DNA of 64,000 bases, taken from NCBI GenBank assembly GCA_003971905.1, contig RSEE01000034.1, positions 310,001 to 374,000 on the forward strand, read 5' to 3'. This DNA comes from Moniliella sp. 'wahieum'. Lineage: Eukaryota. How positions within the stretch are numbered: position 1 is the stretch's first letter; each line of letters opens with the position of its first letter. Under the pieces are notes generated by a model. That model had not been told where the DNA came from. It was given only the letters and a program-made list of their open reading frames with translations, and did not search any database. Shown in pieces: positions 13,401 through 24,778 of this stretch. The position numbers and the translations under genes are program-made.

Positions 13401-13711
13401 TGGGACGCCTGCATGCCGGACGGGGGCGGCCTCTCCCCTGATGCGGAGGCGCCGTAGTGTCGGGTCGTAGCGGGCACCTCGGCTGGGCGCGGGGGAAGCA
13501 ACAGCTGGGGCCCACCGCTGATGGTCGCTGGGCGCCGGTGGGAGGGGACCAGGATACCTTGGCTGTTAGCGGTGAACAGAACTTGTGCCGCGGGGCGCAT
13601 TTGGAACGGCGGATGGGAGGGACCATCATGTTGATGGCGCTGCATGTTGTTGGCGGCATCCGTGTACGAGTACGAGGGTCGACTCAGGATGGAGTCGAGG
13701 AGGCGCGTCAT
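10485..13711 (-). CDS. Protein with long low-complexity N-terminus and C-terminal GroES-like/MDR oxidoreductase-like domain; intron ~11343-11238, several frameshifts
   Basis: NQVLVALEAVSIDDVD...PVGRSFSGHVVRVGSEVRDMVKGDAVFGL (GroES-like fold), then GSHVLILHATEG and IGTLLSIPDAHRAF. Pieces lie in different ORFs joined by indels and a GTACGT..TAG intron. Confidence 0.7.
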
Positions 13712-15278
13712 GCTGATGAGGGGTGGGGTGGATTAGAAGGAAGCAGTCCCAGTTGTCGGTGGTGGTATAGAGGGCAAAGGAGAGGAAGAAAAGGACGACG
13801 GATGAGAGGGACGCTCGGACCTCCTGGTTATGGTAGTACGATGGGAACGCTATGATACTGATAAAGGGTGAGGCAATGGATCCGTAAGCCAGCGTACGTG
13901 GGATGATGTCGCTGAAGCTGATGGTGCTCATGATGTTCTGTTGTTCTACTACGCTGTGCAGTAGTGCTAGATATACTCGGAGCCGCTGCTCAGACCTCAG
14001 CCTGTCCAGTGTGCTCAGTCAGGCTTCAGGCCTCAGGCCTGGTCAGGCTCAGACTGAGCTTTCACCGGGAACGCCTGTGAGAAGCCCTCTCAGATCTCAG
14101 GCCGGGCGTTTGCTGAGCCTCAGCCGCAGCGTGGCAGCGCACACCGGCATGCGCAGAAAGAAAAGGGGCTCAGCGTGACGCTGTTGCTCAGCATGGGTCT
14201 TTGGAATGGATGCCTGCGACGGGCGGACAGGGGATGGGCGGGGGCTGCTGAGGCAACAACACTGGGTGTCGTTCCATCTTGCCAGCTGGTCCCGCATGCG
14301 CAGGGCCAAGCTACGTCATTGTCTCCGTCACCCGGCGGCGCAGGCTACGTAGGTAAGAGCTGCCGCGTGGCTACGTCATAGCTACGTCATGCCTCGTGTA
14401 AGCCGCTTCCGGACAGCCACGTGGCAGCAACCACATCCATCCGACACCGATCTCTCCCATTGCAAGTTTCAATCTGCAGCCCCAGCCTCCTGCTTTCTCC
14501 ATCCCTTGACCAAGGTGAACATTTCACCGCCCCACCCTCCCCTGTACGTCCCCAGCCCTAATGAGGCCACCATCTCTCTGCGGCCTCCCCGTCTGTTCTC
14601 TGGTCTCCTCCACTCCACGTTGGGACGTGGTACCAACCTACGCGTTTTCGATGATCAATCAGATCGATGGGATGTGAGATGTGAGCGCCGAGCGCTGGGC
14701 ATGTGAGATGAACAGAGGGTACCGATGAGGCTGGCGTAGGCGGCCGCTAATGAAACCCATGTGACATTGGACGTCAGGCGGGTCAAGCCTGGCGTCCCTC
14801 GCTTAGGTGCCTAAGCTGGTCCGTATCCCTTCCTGCCAGGTACCATTCTCTCACCAAGCGGCGTGGACCATGTTACTGTGCGGTGGTTAGTGGCTGTGGT
14901 ACATGGTGATACATGTCAAAGAGCCATCTGTCTTCAACCCCCATGATACATTACCATCGACCTTCAACCATCGATCGACCAGCAAGTCTCGCTTCCTGGA
15001 AGGTCTACCTGTGTCTCCACCTGGGGACCTGCATGCTGCCAGAAGCACGTGAGCGGGAGGGGGGGGGAGATCAATGGGATCCATAAGAGGACGGATCTTT
15101 GGTTCAGACGATAGGATCGGGGGGGAGAGAAGGGAGAAGGGAGAAGGCAGGGAGGGAGGCACAAGAGACCTGGTATGGAGGCCTTCATTCCATTCGTTCC
15201 GGGCAGGACCAAGGTCGTAAACGGAAGGAATGTGGTAGGGGAGATGGGGCCACCAAAGGGGTGTGCGGGGGAGAGGGG

Positions 15279-15308
15279 AAAGGAAAGGAAAGGAAAGGAA
15301 AGGAAAGG
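15279..15308 (+). repeat. (AAAGG)6 microsatellite
   Basis: Directly visible. Confidence 0.9.
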
Positions 15309-15413
15309 TGTGGAGGAGGATACAAAGTATACATCATCATCCGAGACGTAGCGCTCTCGAGCCTCACAGACCCAGTCAGCAAGCACGAAAGCACGAGCAA
15401 CGAAATGAAACAG

Positions 15414-15467
15414 AGCACCAAGCACCAAGCACCAAGCACCAAGCACCAAGCACCAAGCACCAAGCAC
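15414..15467 (+). repeat. (AGCACCA)~7.7 tandem heptamer just 3' of the RRM gene stop
   Basis: Directly visible. Confidence 0.95.
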
Positions 15468-15487
15468 GATGTCCACCGTGCCCAACC

Positions 15488-16223
15488 TCAGGCCGTAGGC
15501 GGGGGGAACCTAAAAGATACAGAGAGGGAGAGGTGAGTCAGCCCGCTGCGACATAAGCAGCGAGAGGCAGCCAAAAGAAGAGGGGACGTACCCGTACTGG
15601 CCCGGGTAGCCAGTCTGCGTGGCGGGGTAAGCTCCTTGGGGTGCAAAAGCAGCTTGGGAAGGAGCGGTGAAGGCGCCTTGAGAAGCAAAGCTGGTCTGGG
15701 GCGATCCGTAGGGAGGGTTGGTAGGCGAGACAAAGCCCTGCGGCGCGCCAAATGCGCCCGGGGTCGGGTACCCCGCTGCGGCCGCAGCCGCAGCCGCAGT
15801 GGCCGGATCAGCAAATGCCGCCTGGCCCTGGTACGGGTTGGCCATGCCCGGAGCAAAGCCTTGGGCAGGCATACCAAACGAGGCGCCCGGCGGTGCATAG
15901 CCCGGCGCACCGTACGCGCCGTAGCCATTGAAGCCACCGGCAAAGCCAGCATTGTACCTGCCGTCGGTGCGAGCCGGGCGGGAGTTGGCCATGTTGACAC
16001 GGATCGTACGGCCGTCGAGCTGTTGCTCGTTCATGCCTTGGATCGCCGCATCGGCTTCCTCTTGGGTGGCGTAGGTCACAAACCCGAATCCACGGGAGCG
16101 GCCCGTTTCGCGGTCGCGCATCGTGACATAATCGACCAGTTGGCCGTAGGCGGAGAAGGCACGGGCAAGACCATCATCGGTCGTGTCCCACGACAGGTTA
16201 CCGACGTAGACTTTGGCAACCAT
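15488..16223 (-). CDS. Single-RRM glycine-rich RNA-binding protein; intron 15591-15510
   Basis: RNP2 VYVGNL, RNP1 RGFGFVTY, LDGRTIRVNMA, then a G/A/P/Y/Q-rich tail. Splicing GTACGT..CTGAC..TTTTAG gives the end GFPPPTA*. Confidence 0.92.
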
Positions 16224-17194
16224 CTTGGAAGGAAAGGTCAGATGGATTCAGGTCGGGAGGGAGGAGTCAAAGAGCCCAAAGGGGATGTGCGTACTGGAAA
16301 AAGCAGGGGAGAGAGAGGGGGGGCAAGCGGGAACTAGGGTGCGTGGGGCAGAGCAAGCAAGAACCAGGATCTGGGGCGGCGCGAAGAGGGAAGGTTAGCG
16401 GGACGTGGGGGCGTGCCCCACACGACGGCTGGGGCGACAGGGGGAAGACGGACCAGAACCAAACAAGAACGAGCACGCAACACCGAAGCGGACGAAACGG
16501 GCTGTGGGCGGGGGGCACAGAGAAGAAGACCAGTCAGCGCACGCGCGGCAGGCCTCGACGCAGCAAGCAGGACGAGGGGGAGGGAGGAGGAGGCGGCGGG
16601 CAGAGGGGACGGACAGGCTGAGGCGAGTCGAGGGGAGGCGCAGACAGGCGGTGGGGACGGCGGGGCGGAAGAAGGAGGACGCTGGGCGCGCCGACACGCC
16701 CAAGGCTGCGACGGGCGAACGTTGGACGTGGGCAGCGGCCACCGCCTGGGCGCGGCGCCGCTCTCAGCGGGTGGCCGGAGGAGCTGCCGGGGTGCTGCCG
16801 CCTGCGTCGCCGGCCTGCCTGCCCGCTGTGTCCCCGCAGGGGGCCGTGCGAGCCACACCGCCCCCGTGCTGCCGTCCGCGTGCCACGTAGGGCGCATGCC
16901 ACACTGGCGCCGTGCCGCGTCCTCCGCCATCGTCCCACGACGCATGACGCGTGATGCATGACGTGAGCATCGCCCACGCCACCTGGCTGCGGCTGGGCGG
17001 GTTGATTCATGGTTCGCCCATGGCCTGGGGGTCTCTTCTCTCTCTCCGCCCTGCCCTCCGTCCTTCTGCAGCCCATCCGCCAGCGCCTCCACCACCACCA
17101 CCATCGCCACCACCACCCCACCAAAGCAACCCCCTCCTGGGCCATCACCCATTGCGCAGTCGCCACGCGCTGCGAGTCACTTGTCACCGTCACC

Positions 17195-17434
17195 TGTTGG
17201 CCTAGGGAGCCGGACGGGCAGAAGGATGAGGAGAAGGTGATGGATTGGAGCCAGAGTTGGGTCTGGGTACAGAGGCATCTATATAGGAGGCTGGACTAGG
17301 CACAGGGACAGTGAGTCACACAGGAGAGAGTGCAGGGCACAGGGACAGTGACACGCAGGGACGTCAGCGTGGAAGCCGATGGAACCGAGGCGAACCTGGT
17401 CTACCGACTGGGAGCCAGAGGATCACAGTCAACA
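17195..17434 (-). mobile_element. 240-bp LTR-like sequence (left copy, pointing leftwards)
   Basis: Reverse complement of 18938-19177; TG...CA termini; G-tract immediately internal. Confidence 0.65.
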
Positions 17435-18937
17435 CCCCCGCTGGCCAGGGAACCCGGAGACATCGGTTGTGGGATGAGCTCCTGCCAGTGGATGTAGAGA
17501 GGGGAGGACTTGAGTGGCAACCGGGACGAATGGCCTGGAGTTGTGCATGGCCACACGACTGGCCTACACCCCCGCTGTCCAGGATGACACCTGAACGAGC
17601 CGAGCGCTTGTGGTTGGTGTATTGTGCGACCGCCAGATGCTTGTAGAAGTCTTAGAAGTAAAAGTAGTAGGGGTTGCGCCCCGAAGCGATTTGGTGGGCA
17701 AAAGTAAAAAGCACCAGTTATAGGTGTAGTGAAAGAAAATTGGAAACTTGGAGTAAATGCGGTCCAAGGTCGTTTGGCATCAAAATTGGATGCGTTTGGT
17801 AGTTGTTTGGTTCCGCATGCCTGGTGCCAGTGGGGTCCATTGGGCATGGGAAATGAACGGGCGCTATGCGTCAACCGTCTTGATCTGTTTGGGTTCTCTT
17901 TGTTGTTGAAAAAGAGGAGTGGAAGAAGTTGGGTGACCACCCCCCCCCATCCTTTCCCCAGGTGCCCCGGATGAATTGGCAATCCGGGGCGTGTAGCCGT
18001 GGGTGGGGCACTTGATGAGCAGCCACCCCCGCTTTCTGCGATTCGCCTGCGCCGTTTTGTCGTTGGAGGAATTTCGTCTCGTTGACGATACCCGACACGT
18101 TTTGTTCCGTCGTGTGTTGTCCCTAAAAATCATTGCCCCATCTGTGGGGGACGAGTGTGCCGATTGTGGCGGTAGTATGCCGATTGTGGCGGTAGTACTA
18201 CCGCCACAATCGGCACACTCGTCCCCCACAGATGGGGCAATGATTTTTAGGGACAACACACGACGGAACAAAACGTGTCGGGTATCGTCAACGAGACGAA
18301 ATTCCTCCAACGACAAAACGGCGCAGGCGAATCGCAGAAAGCGGGGGTGGCTGCTCATCAAGTGCCCCACCCACGGCTACACGCCCCGGATTGCCAATTC
18401 ATCCGGGGCACCTGGGGAAAGGATGGGGGGGGTGGTCACCCAACTTCTTCCACTCCTCTTTTTCAACAACAAAGAGAACCCAAACAGATCAAGACGGTTG
18501 ACGCATAGCGCCCGTTCATTTCCCATGCCCAATGGACCCCACTGGCACCAGGCATGCGGAACCAAACAACTACCAAACGCATCCAATTTTGATGCCAAAC
18601 GACCTTGGACCGCATTTACTCCAAGTTTCCAATTTTCTTTCACTACACCTATAACTGGTGCTTTTTACTTTTGCCCACCAAATCGCTTCGGGGCGCAACC
18701 CCTACTACTTTTACTTCTAAGACTTCTACAAGCATCTGGCGGTCGCACAATACACCAACCACAAGCGCTCGGCTCGTTCAGGTGTCATCCTGGACAGCGG
18801 GGGTGTAGGCCAGTCGTGTGGCCATGCACAACTCCAGGCCATTCGTCCCGGTTGCCACTCAAGTCCTCCCCTCTCTACATCCACTGGCAGGAGCTCATCC
18901 CACAACCGATGTCTCCGGGTTCCCTGGCCAGCGGGGG

Positions 18938-19177
18938 TGTTGACTGTGATCCTCTGGCTCCCAGTCGGTAGACCAGGTTCGCCTCGGTTCCATCGGCTTC
19001 CACGCTGACGTCCCTGCGTGTCACTGTCCCTGTGCCCTGCACTCTCTCCTGTGTGACTCACTGTCCCTGTGCCTAGTCCAGCCTCCTATATAGATGCCTC
19101 TGTACCCAGACCCAACTCTGGCTCCAATCCATCACCTTCTCCTCATCCTTCTGCCCGTCCGGCTCCCTAGGCCAACA
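18938..19177 (+). mobile_element. 240-bp LTR-like sequence (right copy) preceded by a PPT-like G tract
   Basis: CAGCGGGGG|TGTTGA...CCAACA with 5-bp terminal inverted repeat TGTTG/CAACA. Internal direct repeat TCACTGTCCCTGTGCC x2 lies upstream of TATATA (19087-19092), followed by a pyrimidine-rich tail. No gag/pol motifs recognised in the adjacent internal sequence. Confidence 0.65.
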
Positions 19178-19236
19178 CCCCCATCTCTCACCCCCCCCTG
19201 TTTTCCTTCTTGCCCTGGTCCCCGCCTTGCGCCCCG

Positions 19237-20646
19237 ATGCCCCCCACGCCTCCTGCCGCCTCCCTTCCCCCGTCCAGCCCATCCAGCCCATCCCGCCCAT
19301 CCCGCCCATCCTGCCCATCCTGCCCGTCCGGCCTTTCCAGCACGCCCGACCTGGCGGGGACCAAGAGCGACTCGCTGGCGCCCCGCGCGTCCAACTGGAA
19401 AGTGATTCGCACCGTGTGGCACGACCTGGGCTGGGTGGACCGGAGCTTACCGCTGCTGATTTTTGTCGCGATGGCGTTGGGCATTGTGATTGGGGAGTTT
19501 GCGCCAAATGCGCAAAGGGTGTTGAGCCGGGGCAACCTGCGCGGAGTGAGTGCGCCGTTGGTAGTCGGCATGTTGGTCATGATGTGGCCGATTTTGACTG
19601 CGGCTGAATTCGAACGGTTTCCCAGCTTGTTGCACCAACGAAGGTTGTGGACGCAGATTGGCTTGTCGCTCGTGCTCAATTGGGTCATCGGCCCGCTCCT
19701 GATGCTCGGGTTGGCCGAGGCGAGTTTGCCCGACTTGGCAGGCCAACGAGCGGGCGTGATCCTGGTCGGGGTGGCGCGGTGCATTGCGATGGTAATGATT
19801 TGGTGTTCGATCAGTCGGGCCGATACCAACTTTTGTGCCATGCTAGTGATTGTCAATGGGGCGTTGCAAATGGTCTTGTTTGCGCCGATGGGATTGCTGT
19901 TTATCAATGTGTTTGATCACCTGGGCCAGGCCGGGATTTCACTCAACTACTCGGATACCAGCATTGCCGTGGCGGTGTACCTCGGCATCCCGTTGGCCGC
20001 CGGGGTAGTTACGCGGTTTGGTATGATGGCGTTGCTGGGTCGCGAGAGGTTTGTGCACCGGTTCTTGCCCTCGTTTGGACACTTGTCCCTGATTGGGTTG
20101 CTGTATACGGTCCTCATCATTTTCTCGCAACAAGCACACGATGTGCTGCACAATCTAGGGGCAGTCTTCCGTACCATGGTCCCGCTTGCCCTCTACTTTT
20201 TGATCCAATTCAGCTTGACCTTTACCGGGTTTTACCTCTACTCGCGGCGCGTGGCACGGCAGGCGGAGCGGACCGGCGGCTCGGTGGCGCCGTGGTCGTA
20301 CGAGATGGCGGCCACACAGGCATTTACCTCGGCGTCGACCAACTTTGAATTGGCCATTGCCATCAGTACGTCCGTGTGGGGTGCGCAGGCGCCCCAGACG
20401 CTGGCTACGACGGTGGGCACGTTGGTCGAAGTTCCGGTCCTGCTATCGCTTAGCTTTGTCGCCATCTTTTTGCGTTCCCGTCTGTCGTGGCCCCGGTCCA
20501 CCCCACACCCAGCACGACCGCTCATGACACCTTCCTATCTCGTAGGGGAGGACAAGAATGATGACATCAGTTCCCCCGACTTGCCTGCCCCCTTGCCTCG
20601 AACCACTTCCCAAGACATTGAGCTAGCCCCGATCTCGACCAAGTAA
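19237..20646 (+). CDS. ACR3: Acr3-family arsenite/antimonite efflux transporter
   Basis: VSAPLVVGMLVMMWPIL, SLVLNWVIGPLLM, GVARCIAMVMIW (conserved Cys), VYLGIPLAAG, ASTNFELAIAI, VGTLVEVPVLL; ~10 hydrophobic segments; intact and intronless. Confidence 0.95.
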   Translation: MPPTPPAASLPPSSPSSPSRPSRPSCPSCPSGLSSTPDLAGTKSDSLAPRASNWKVIRTVWHDLGWVDRSLPLLIFVAMALGIVIGEFAPNAQRVLSRGNLRGVSAPLVVGMLVMMWPILTAAEFERFPSLLHQRRLWTQIGLSLVLNWVIGPLLMLGLAEASLPDLAGQRAGVILVGVARCIAMVMIWCSISRADTNFCAMLVIVNGALQMVLFAPMGLLFINVFDHLGQAGISLNYSDTSIAVAVYLGIPLAAGVVTRFGMMALLGRERFVHRFLPSFGHLSLIGLLYTVLIIFSQQAHDVLHNLGAVFRTMVPLALYFLIQFSLTFTGFYLYSRRVARQAERTGGSVAPWSYEMAATQAFTSASTNFELAIAISTSVWGAQAPQTLATTVGTLVEVPVLLSLSFVAIFLRSRLSWPRSTPHPARPLMTPSYLVGEDKNDDISSPDLPAPLPRTTSQDIELAPISTK

Positions 20647-21018
20647 CCCTGCAAAGCTGGCTCGCTTCAACCGCATCAACAACCGGGCTAGGAACTGGGA
20701 GCGTAGCCGTCCCTGGGAACCCCCCTAACCTCGATCGTCTGTCCAGTGGACGAGGACTCAGTGCTCCCATGGAGTAGCGCCACAGCGCGAGCTATGAATC
20801 GCCCAAGCTAGGGAACTGAAACGAACGTGTGCATGCGCGGTAGATACATCGGCCGTGCTGTTGATCGGCAGGCCCCCAGGAATCTCCTCCGGTCCCCCGT
20901 ATCCAATCAACAGCAAAGAGGCCGTCACAGTGGGGATGGAAGAGATCATATCAGCAGCGGCAAAAGATGGACAAAGCAAGTGAATACAAGCGAATCAGGT
21001 AGGAGCAGGTCCAGCTGG

Positions 21019-23423
21019 TCAAGACCTAGCAAGCCATGCCGAACGGAACCGGGCGAGACTGGAAAAACGGTTCGAGTTAGTAAATTACACCTTGGTCCCT
21101 CGTTCGTACAGGGCACGCTGTCCACCACCCCACCATAGCCATGTCGTAGCCGCGTCACAGTCACGTCGTAACCACGCCAAGGCCCATATCTACGCCATGG
21201 GCACGTCGTGGCCGAGAGGCGCTCTAACAAAGGAACAAAGAAGAACAACATACCAATCCAGCGCATCCGTCACGACATGTACGTTGGACATTAAATCATG
21301 ACCGGCCTCAACGAGGGTGACTTCGACCTGATCCAACGCTCGCACCATCCACTGCACGCCGGCCAAGCTCACTTTTTCGTCGCGATTGCCATACCAAATG
21401 TGAATGGGGAGGGTAACGTCGGTATAGCTGAACCCCCAAATTTCACGTTGCTCGCCCCGCGCCAAAATCGCAATCAGCTCGTCCCCCATCCCTTCGCACG
21501 ACTCAGCGTTGGAAGCTTTGATCAGCGCAGTACTCAGGTGCGGTAGGTCGAGGCTGGTGGTTTGGGAACGGGTGTGGGAGAGACTCTCGGCTCGGTGCAG
21601 ACCAGCAGGAGGGGGAACGGTTTTCGAGTAGGAGGGGGGGGTACCGAGCTGGACCACCTTGAGAACCTGACCCACCTGAACCTCCTGAACCGCCTGAACC
21701 TCCTGGGCCGGCCTGACTCGCTTGAGAAAGCGCATGGTCGGTACTCGAGGTGGCCGAGTGGGAAGGAAATGACGGGTGACGTGATCGCGGGGCCGGGCCG
21801 AGGAGCGCGGAGGGGAGCGAGGGCGGGAGGGAAAGTCATCCAGCGAGGGGGGGGAGGAAGGCAGTGCCAGTGGGTCGATATCGGGCAATTTGCCTACGCG
21901 CCACTGCTGCACTTTCGAGTCGGCAGCCTGGAAAGCGCGAATGAAGAGTTCGGGCACAAAACGGGTAAAGCCATAGTCCTTTTCGTGCAGCACATGTACC
22001 CACGGAGCCAACAAGACCACAGGGCCCAAGATCCGATCGGGGAAACGGTGGGCAGTGGCCATGGCGTAAGGTGCTCCGGCACTGTGGGCAAGCAGGCCAA
22101 AGGAACGAATGCCCAGTTGGTCCATCACGTCAGCTACCACAATGGGCCAGGTATGCACCCGGTCCCCACCGATGCGAGGGAAATCGCTGCGACCCATCCC
22201 CCAGCGGTCGATGCAGAGCAGACGAAGTCCCGACGCGCGCGCATAGTCATGATAAGATCCGAGAAGGTACCGCATGGCCCCCAAGCCAAGGAAGACGAGG
22301 ATGGGAAGACCTTGGGGATCACCGACATCAGCAAGGGATACCTTGAATCCCTTAAAAGGGGGTTGGGTGAGGGCAATGATACGAGTGAGCGCAGCACTGC
22401 GTACAAAGCGTAGCACGTCGAGTGTGGGATCAGCAGCATTGGTAGCATCAGAGACAGACTCGGAGTGGGCTCTACGACGAGGCCGGGCGGGCGTGTTGTA
22501 GGTGTACCAATCCATCCAGGGGTTTTGAGCTGCGTCCGAGGGGTCACTAGCGGGGTTGGAGGGAGACGCAAGAGGTATGTTCAACGAAGGGGGAGATCGC
22601 TCATCCCGAGAGGTGGGATCGCGGGGAATAATCAACGGATGTGGATCCCTGCTGTCGGCCGTTCGTGGGCGGGAGCGAGGGGGAGCTCTGGCACGAGGGG
22701 GATACTGCTTTGGTGGACGAGGATGAGGGGATCGTGTAGGGGCCGGATGCGAATCGGAGGAGGTACGCGGGGCGAGGGTAGTGGTAGTGGGAAGAGCTTG
22801 GGAATCCGAAGAGGAGCGGGGGTATTGGTGCTGAGCGACCTAAGCCGAGCAATTGTGATGGGGGTGGGTGGCGGGGGTTGCGGCCTGGTTGCGGCGGCGG
22901 GGAGGAGGTGAGTGGCGGTGGCGCGGGCGGGGGGGTGGGGGGCGGGGGGTGGGTTCGAGTGGCGGTGGTGTCGAGTGCAAGGAGGCGGGCGAGGAGCAAT
23001 TGGAAGTGACCTGGGCAAGAACCGCGTGAAGGTCGGGGTTGCGGGCGCGGATCTGCTGGAGTTTCTGCTGGTAGCGCAGCTCGGCCATCTTGTCCATGTC
23101 CCACTTTTCGTCGGTCGGGGTGGCTTGGGTAGGCTGGGAGTGGCGGCGGTCGAGGGTGAGGTTGCGCAGCGGTTGACGGGGGCAGGGCGACTGGGACGGG
23201 GGCGGGGGCGGAGGCTGGGGCTGGGGCTGGGGCTGGGAGACAGACGGGGTGGCGGCGTGGAGGAGCGGTGGCTGGTCGATGGCGGCTGGGGGCGGCGTGT
23301 GGGTAGGCATCGAAGTAGGGCGCGGGTGTGGGCCCGAGGACGGCGGAAGGGAGACACGGGGCGTGGTGGGCGCGGAAGAGAGCGGCCTGCTGGCGTGTTT
23401 TCGCCGGCGCGCTCGGCGTCCAT
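21019..23423 (-). CDS. Alpha/beta-hydrolase domain protein with Pro-rich N-terminus; last intron 21253-21059; N-terminal frameshifts
   Basis: KVSLADVGDPQGLPILVFLGLG, LRLLCIDRWGMGRS, nucleophile motif AHSAGA, IWYGNRDEKV, GHDLM. Splicing GTATGT..TACTAAC..CAG gives DALDCLARFRSAWLARS*. Start codon is tentative. Confidence 0.8.
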
Positions 23424-24778
23424 GGCGGAGAGGGAGGGGGGAGACGGAGGAAGAAGAAGGCGAGGCAGGGGGCGGGAAGGCAAGCGAGCAGGACAAGAGA
23501 AGACAGAAGACAGAAGACAGAAGTGCGCACACGACAGAAGTGAAGACGACGTGAACGTCCCAGTCGATTTGCCGTCGCCCGTCGGCTTGCGTCTGGGCGG
23601 ACAGCAGCGCTCAACCTGAACGAACCGTCGCCGCGCGCGCCTGGCCTGCTCTTTGAAACATTCACACCCGCCGCGGCACCATGTGCCCGTGGGGCAGCCG
23701 AGCGGAAGGCAGCAGCGTCGTCGGCCAGCATTCCGCCCACCCCCCCTTTGCCTTGGTATTTGAATCCTCTGGCAGAGGGCGCCCCCTACTCCCACCAAAA
23801 GACTCAAAGGACGTGAAAGAAACCAGGTCCAGCCCCCTTCGCAAGGAATCTGTCGGGATCAGACTCACTTGATCACGTTCGTCGTCACCAAGTTGTCTGC
23901 CCCCCTTGATTTATTCTAGACCCTATTTTCCCCCTTTGGATTGTGCTCCCTCTTTCCCTCCATGTGATTTAGCTCGTATGTTCTCTTCTTCTCCGAGCAT
24001 ATACCTCGCTTCCTTTCCATTCGATGAATTTGATCCTTTTCCTTTATCCCACCCCTCTCCATCTCCTGTCAGAATCTGTAAGCATCCTAACCCACTCATA
24101 TGGAGGACCTCCTTGAGTCCACGGGCATATATATTGTCCACAAGAAGAAAAAAAAGAGAGACGCAGAGGGGTCCACAGCTGGAGATACAAAAAAATGTCA
24201 GATCGATCGATCAGGAAGGCATAGTCGGATTAGAACAAGCCCATTATACGTGGAGAGCAAATCTAAGATGGAAGGATGGTGCTCTCAAATCTCATGCTCT
24301 CAGATCTCATCGCTATATAATCAGAGAGCTCACCAACGCAAACGTACAACAAGTTTTTCCCCTTTTTTCTTGGGCGTATAATGGAGAACGAACGATGGCT
24401 GGGTGGTTGGGGGGAGGGGTAAAAGGAGAGACAACAACGACGACCCAAAAGACATTGCGGGTATGTGTGCATCAAACAGTCTGCAGGCAACTCGGATCCG
24501 ACAGAGCCAAAAGGGGTCTCACGGGCACCATGGGGGCACCCAGCATGTGGTCGTGATGAGCAAGTGAGGGGTCAAGCAGGCCCGTGGTTTGTGGTGGCAG
24601 GGCATTCGCATTCGGTCCAGATACCATGCCGCAACCAATCTGGGAGTCGGCCAGTGGAACGGGGGGTGGTACCCCCCATGGATGAGAAGGGAACATCACG
24701 CCTCTTCTCTTTCAGGGTCCAATGGTCCCTAGGAGAAAAGAAGGCCAAGATCTCCATAGTGATGCTCTTCCTGCTCTT

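Larger units (their letters stand above)
17195..19177. repeat. Near-perfect ~1 kb + ~1 kb inverted repeat with no spacer (axis 18196/18197)
   Basis: 17195-18196 is the reverse complement of 18197-19177, apart from a 20-bp tandem duplication (18158-18177 = 18178-18197) and one homopolymer length difference (near 17940 vs near 18425). The ORF track shows mirror-image ORFs. Confidence 0.97.

Noticed and set aside
15414..15467. Tandem repeats as a CRISPR-like or telomeric array
   Set aside because: No unique spacers, eukaryotic context, and not TTAGGG-like; a simple heptamer microsatellite.
17161..17183. 18/21-nt match to ACR3 near 19400-19420 (both give ATRCESL in the ORF track)
   Set aside because: Too short, does not extend, and the mismatches are non-synonymous in the ACR3 frame; likely chance.
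18003..18971. 322-aa ORF crossing the palindrome axis, and its mirror ORFs
   Set aside because: Starts at a non-ATG codon, shows no recognisable motifs (no RT, RNase H, integrase or transposase) and its first half is the antisense of its second half.
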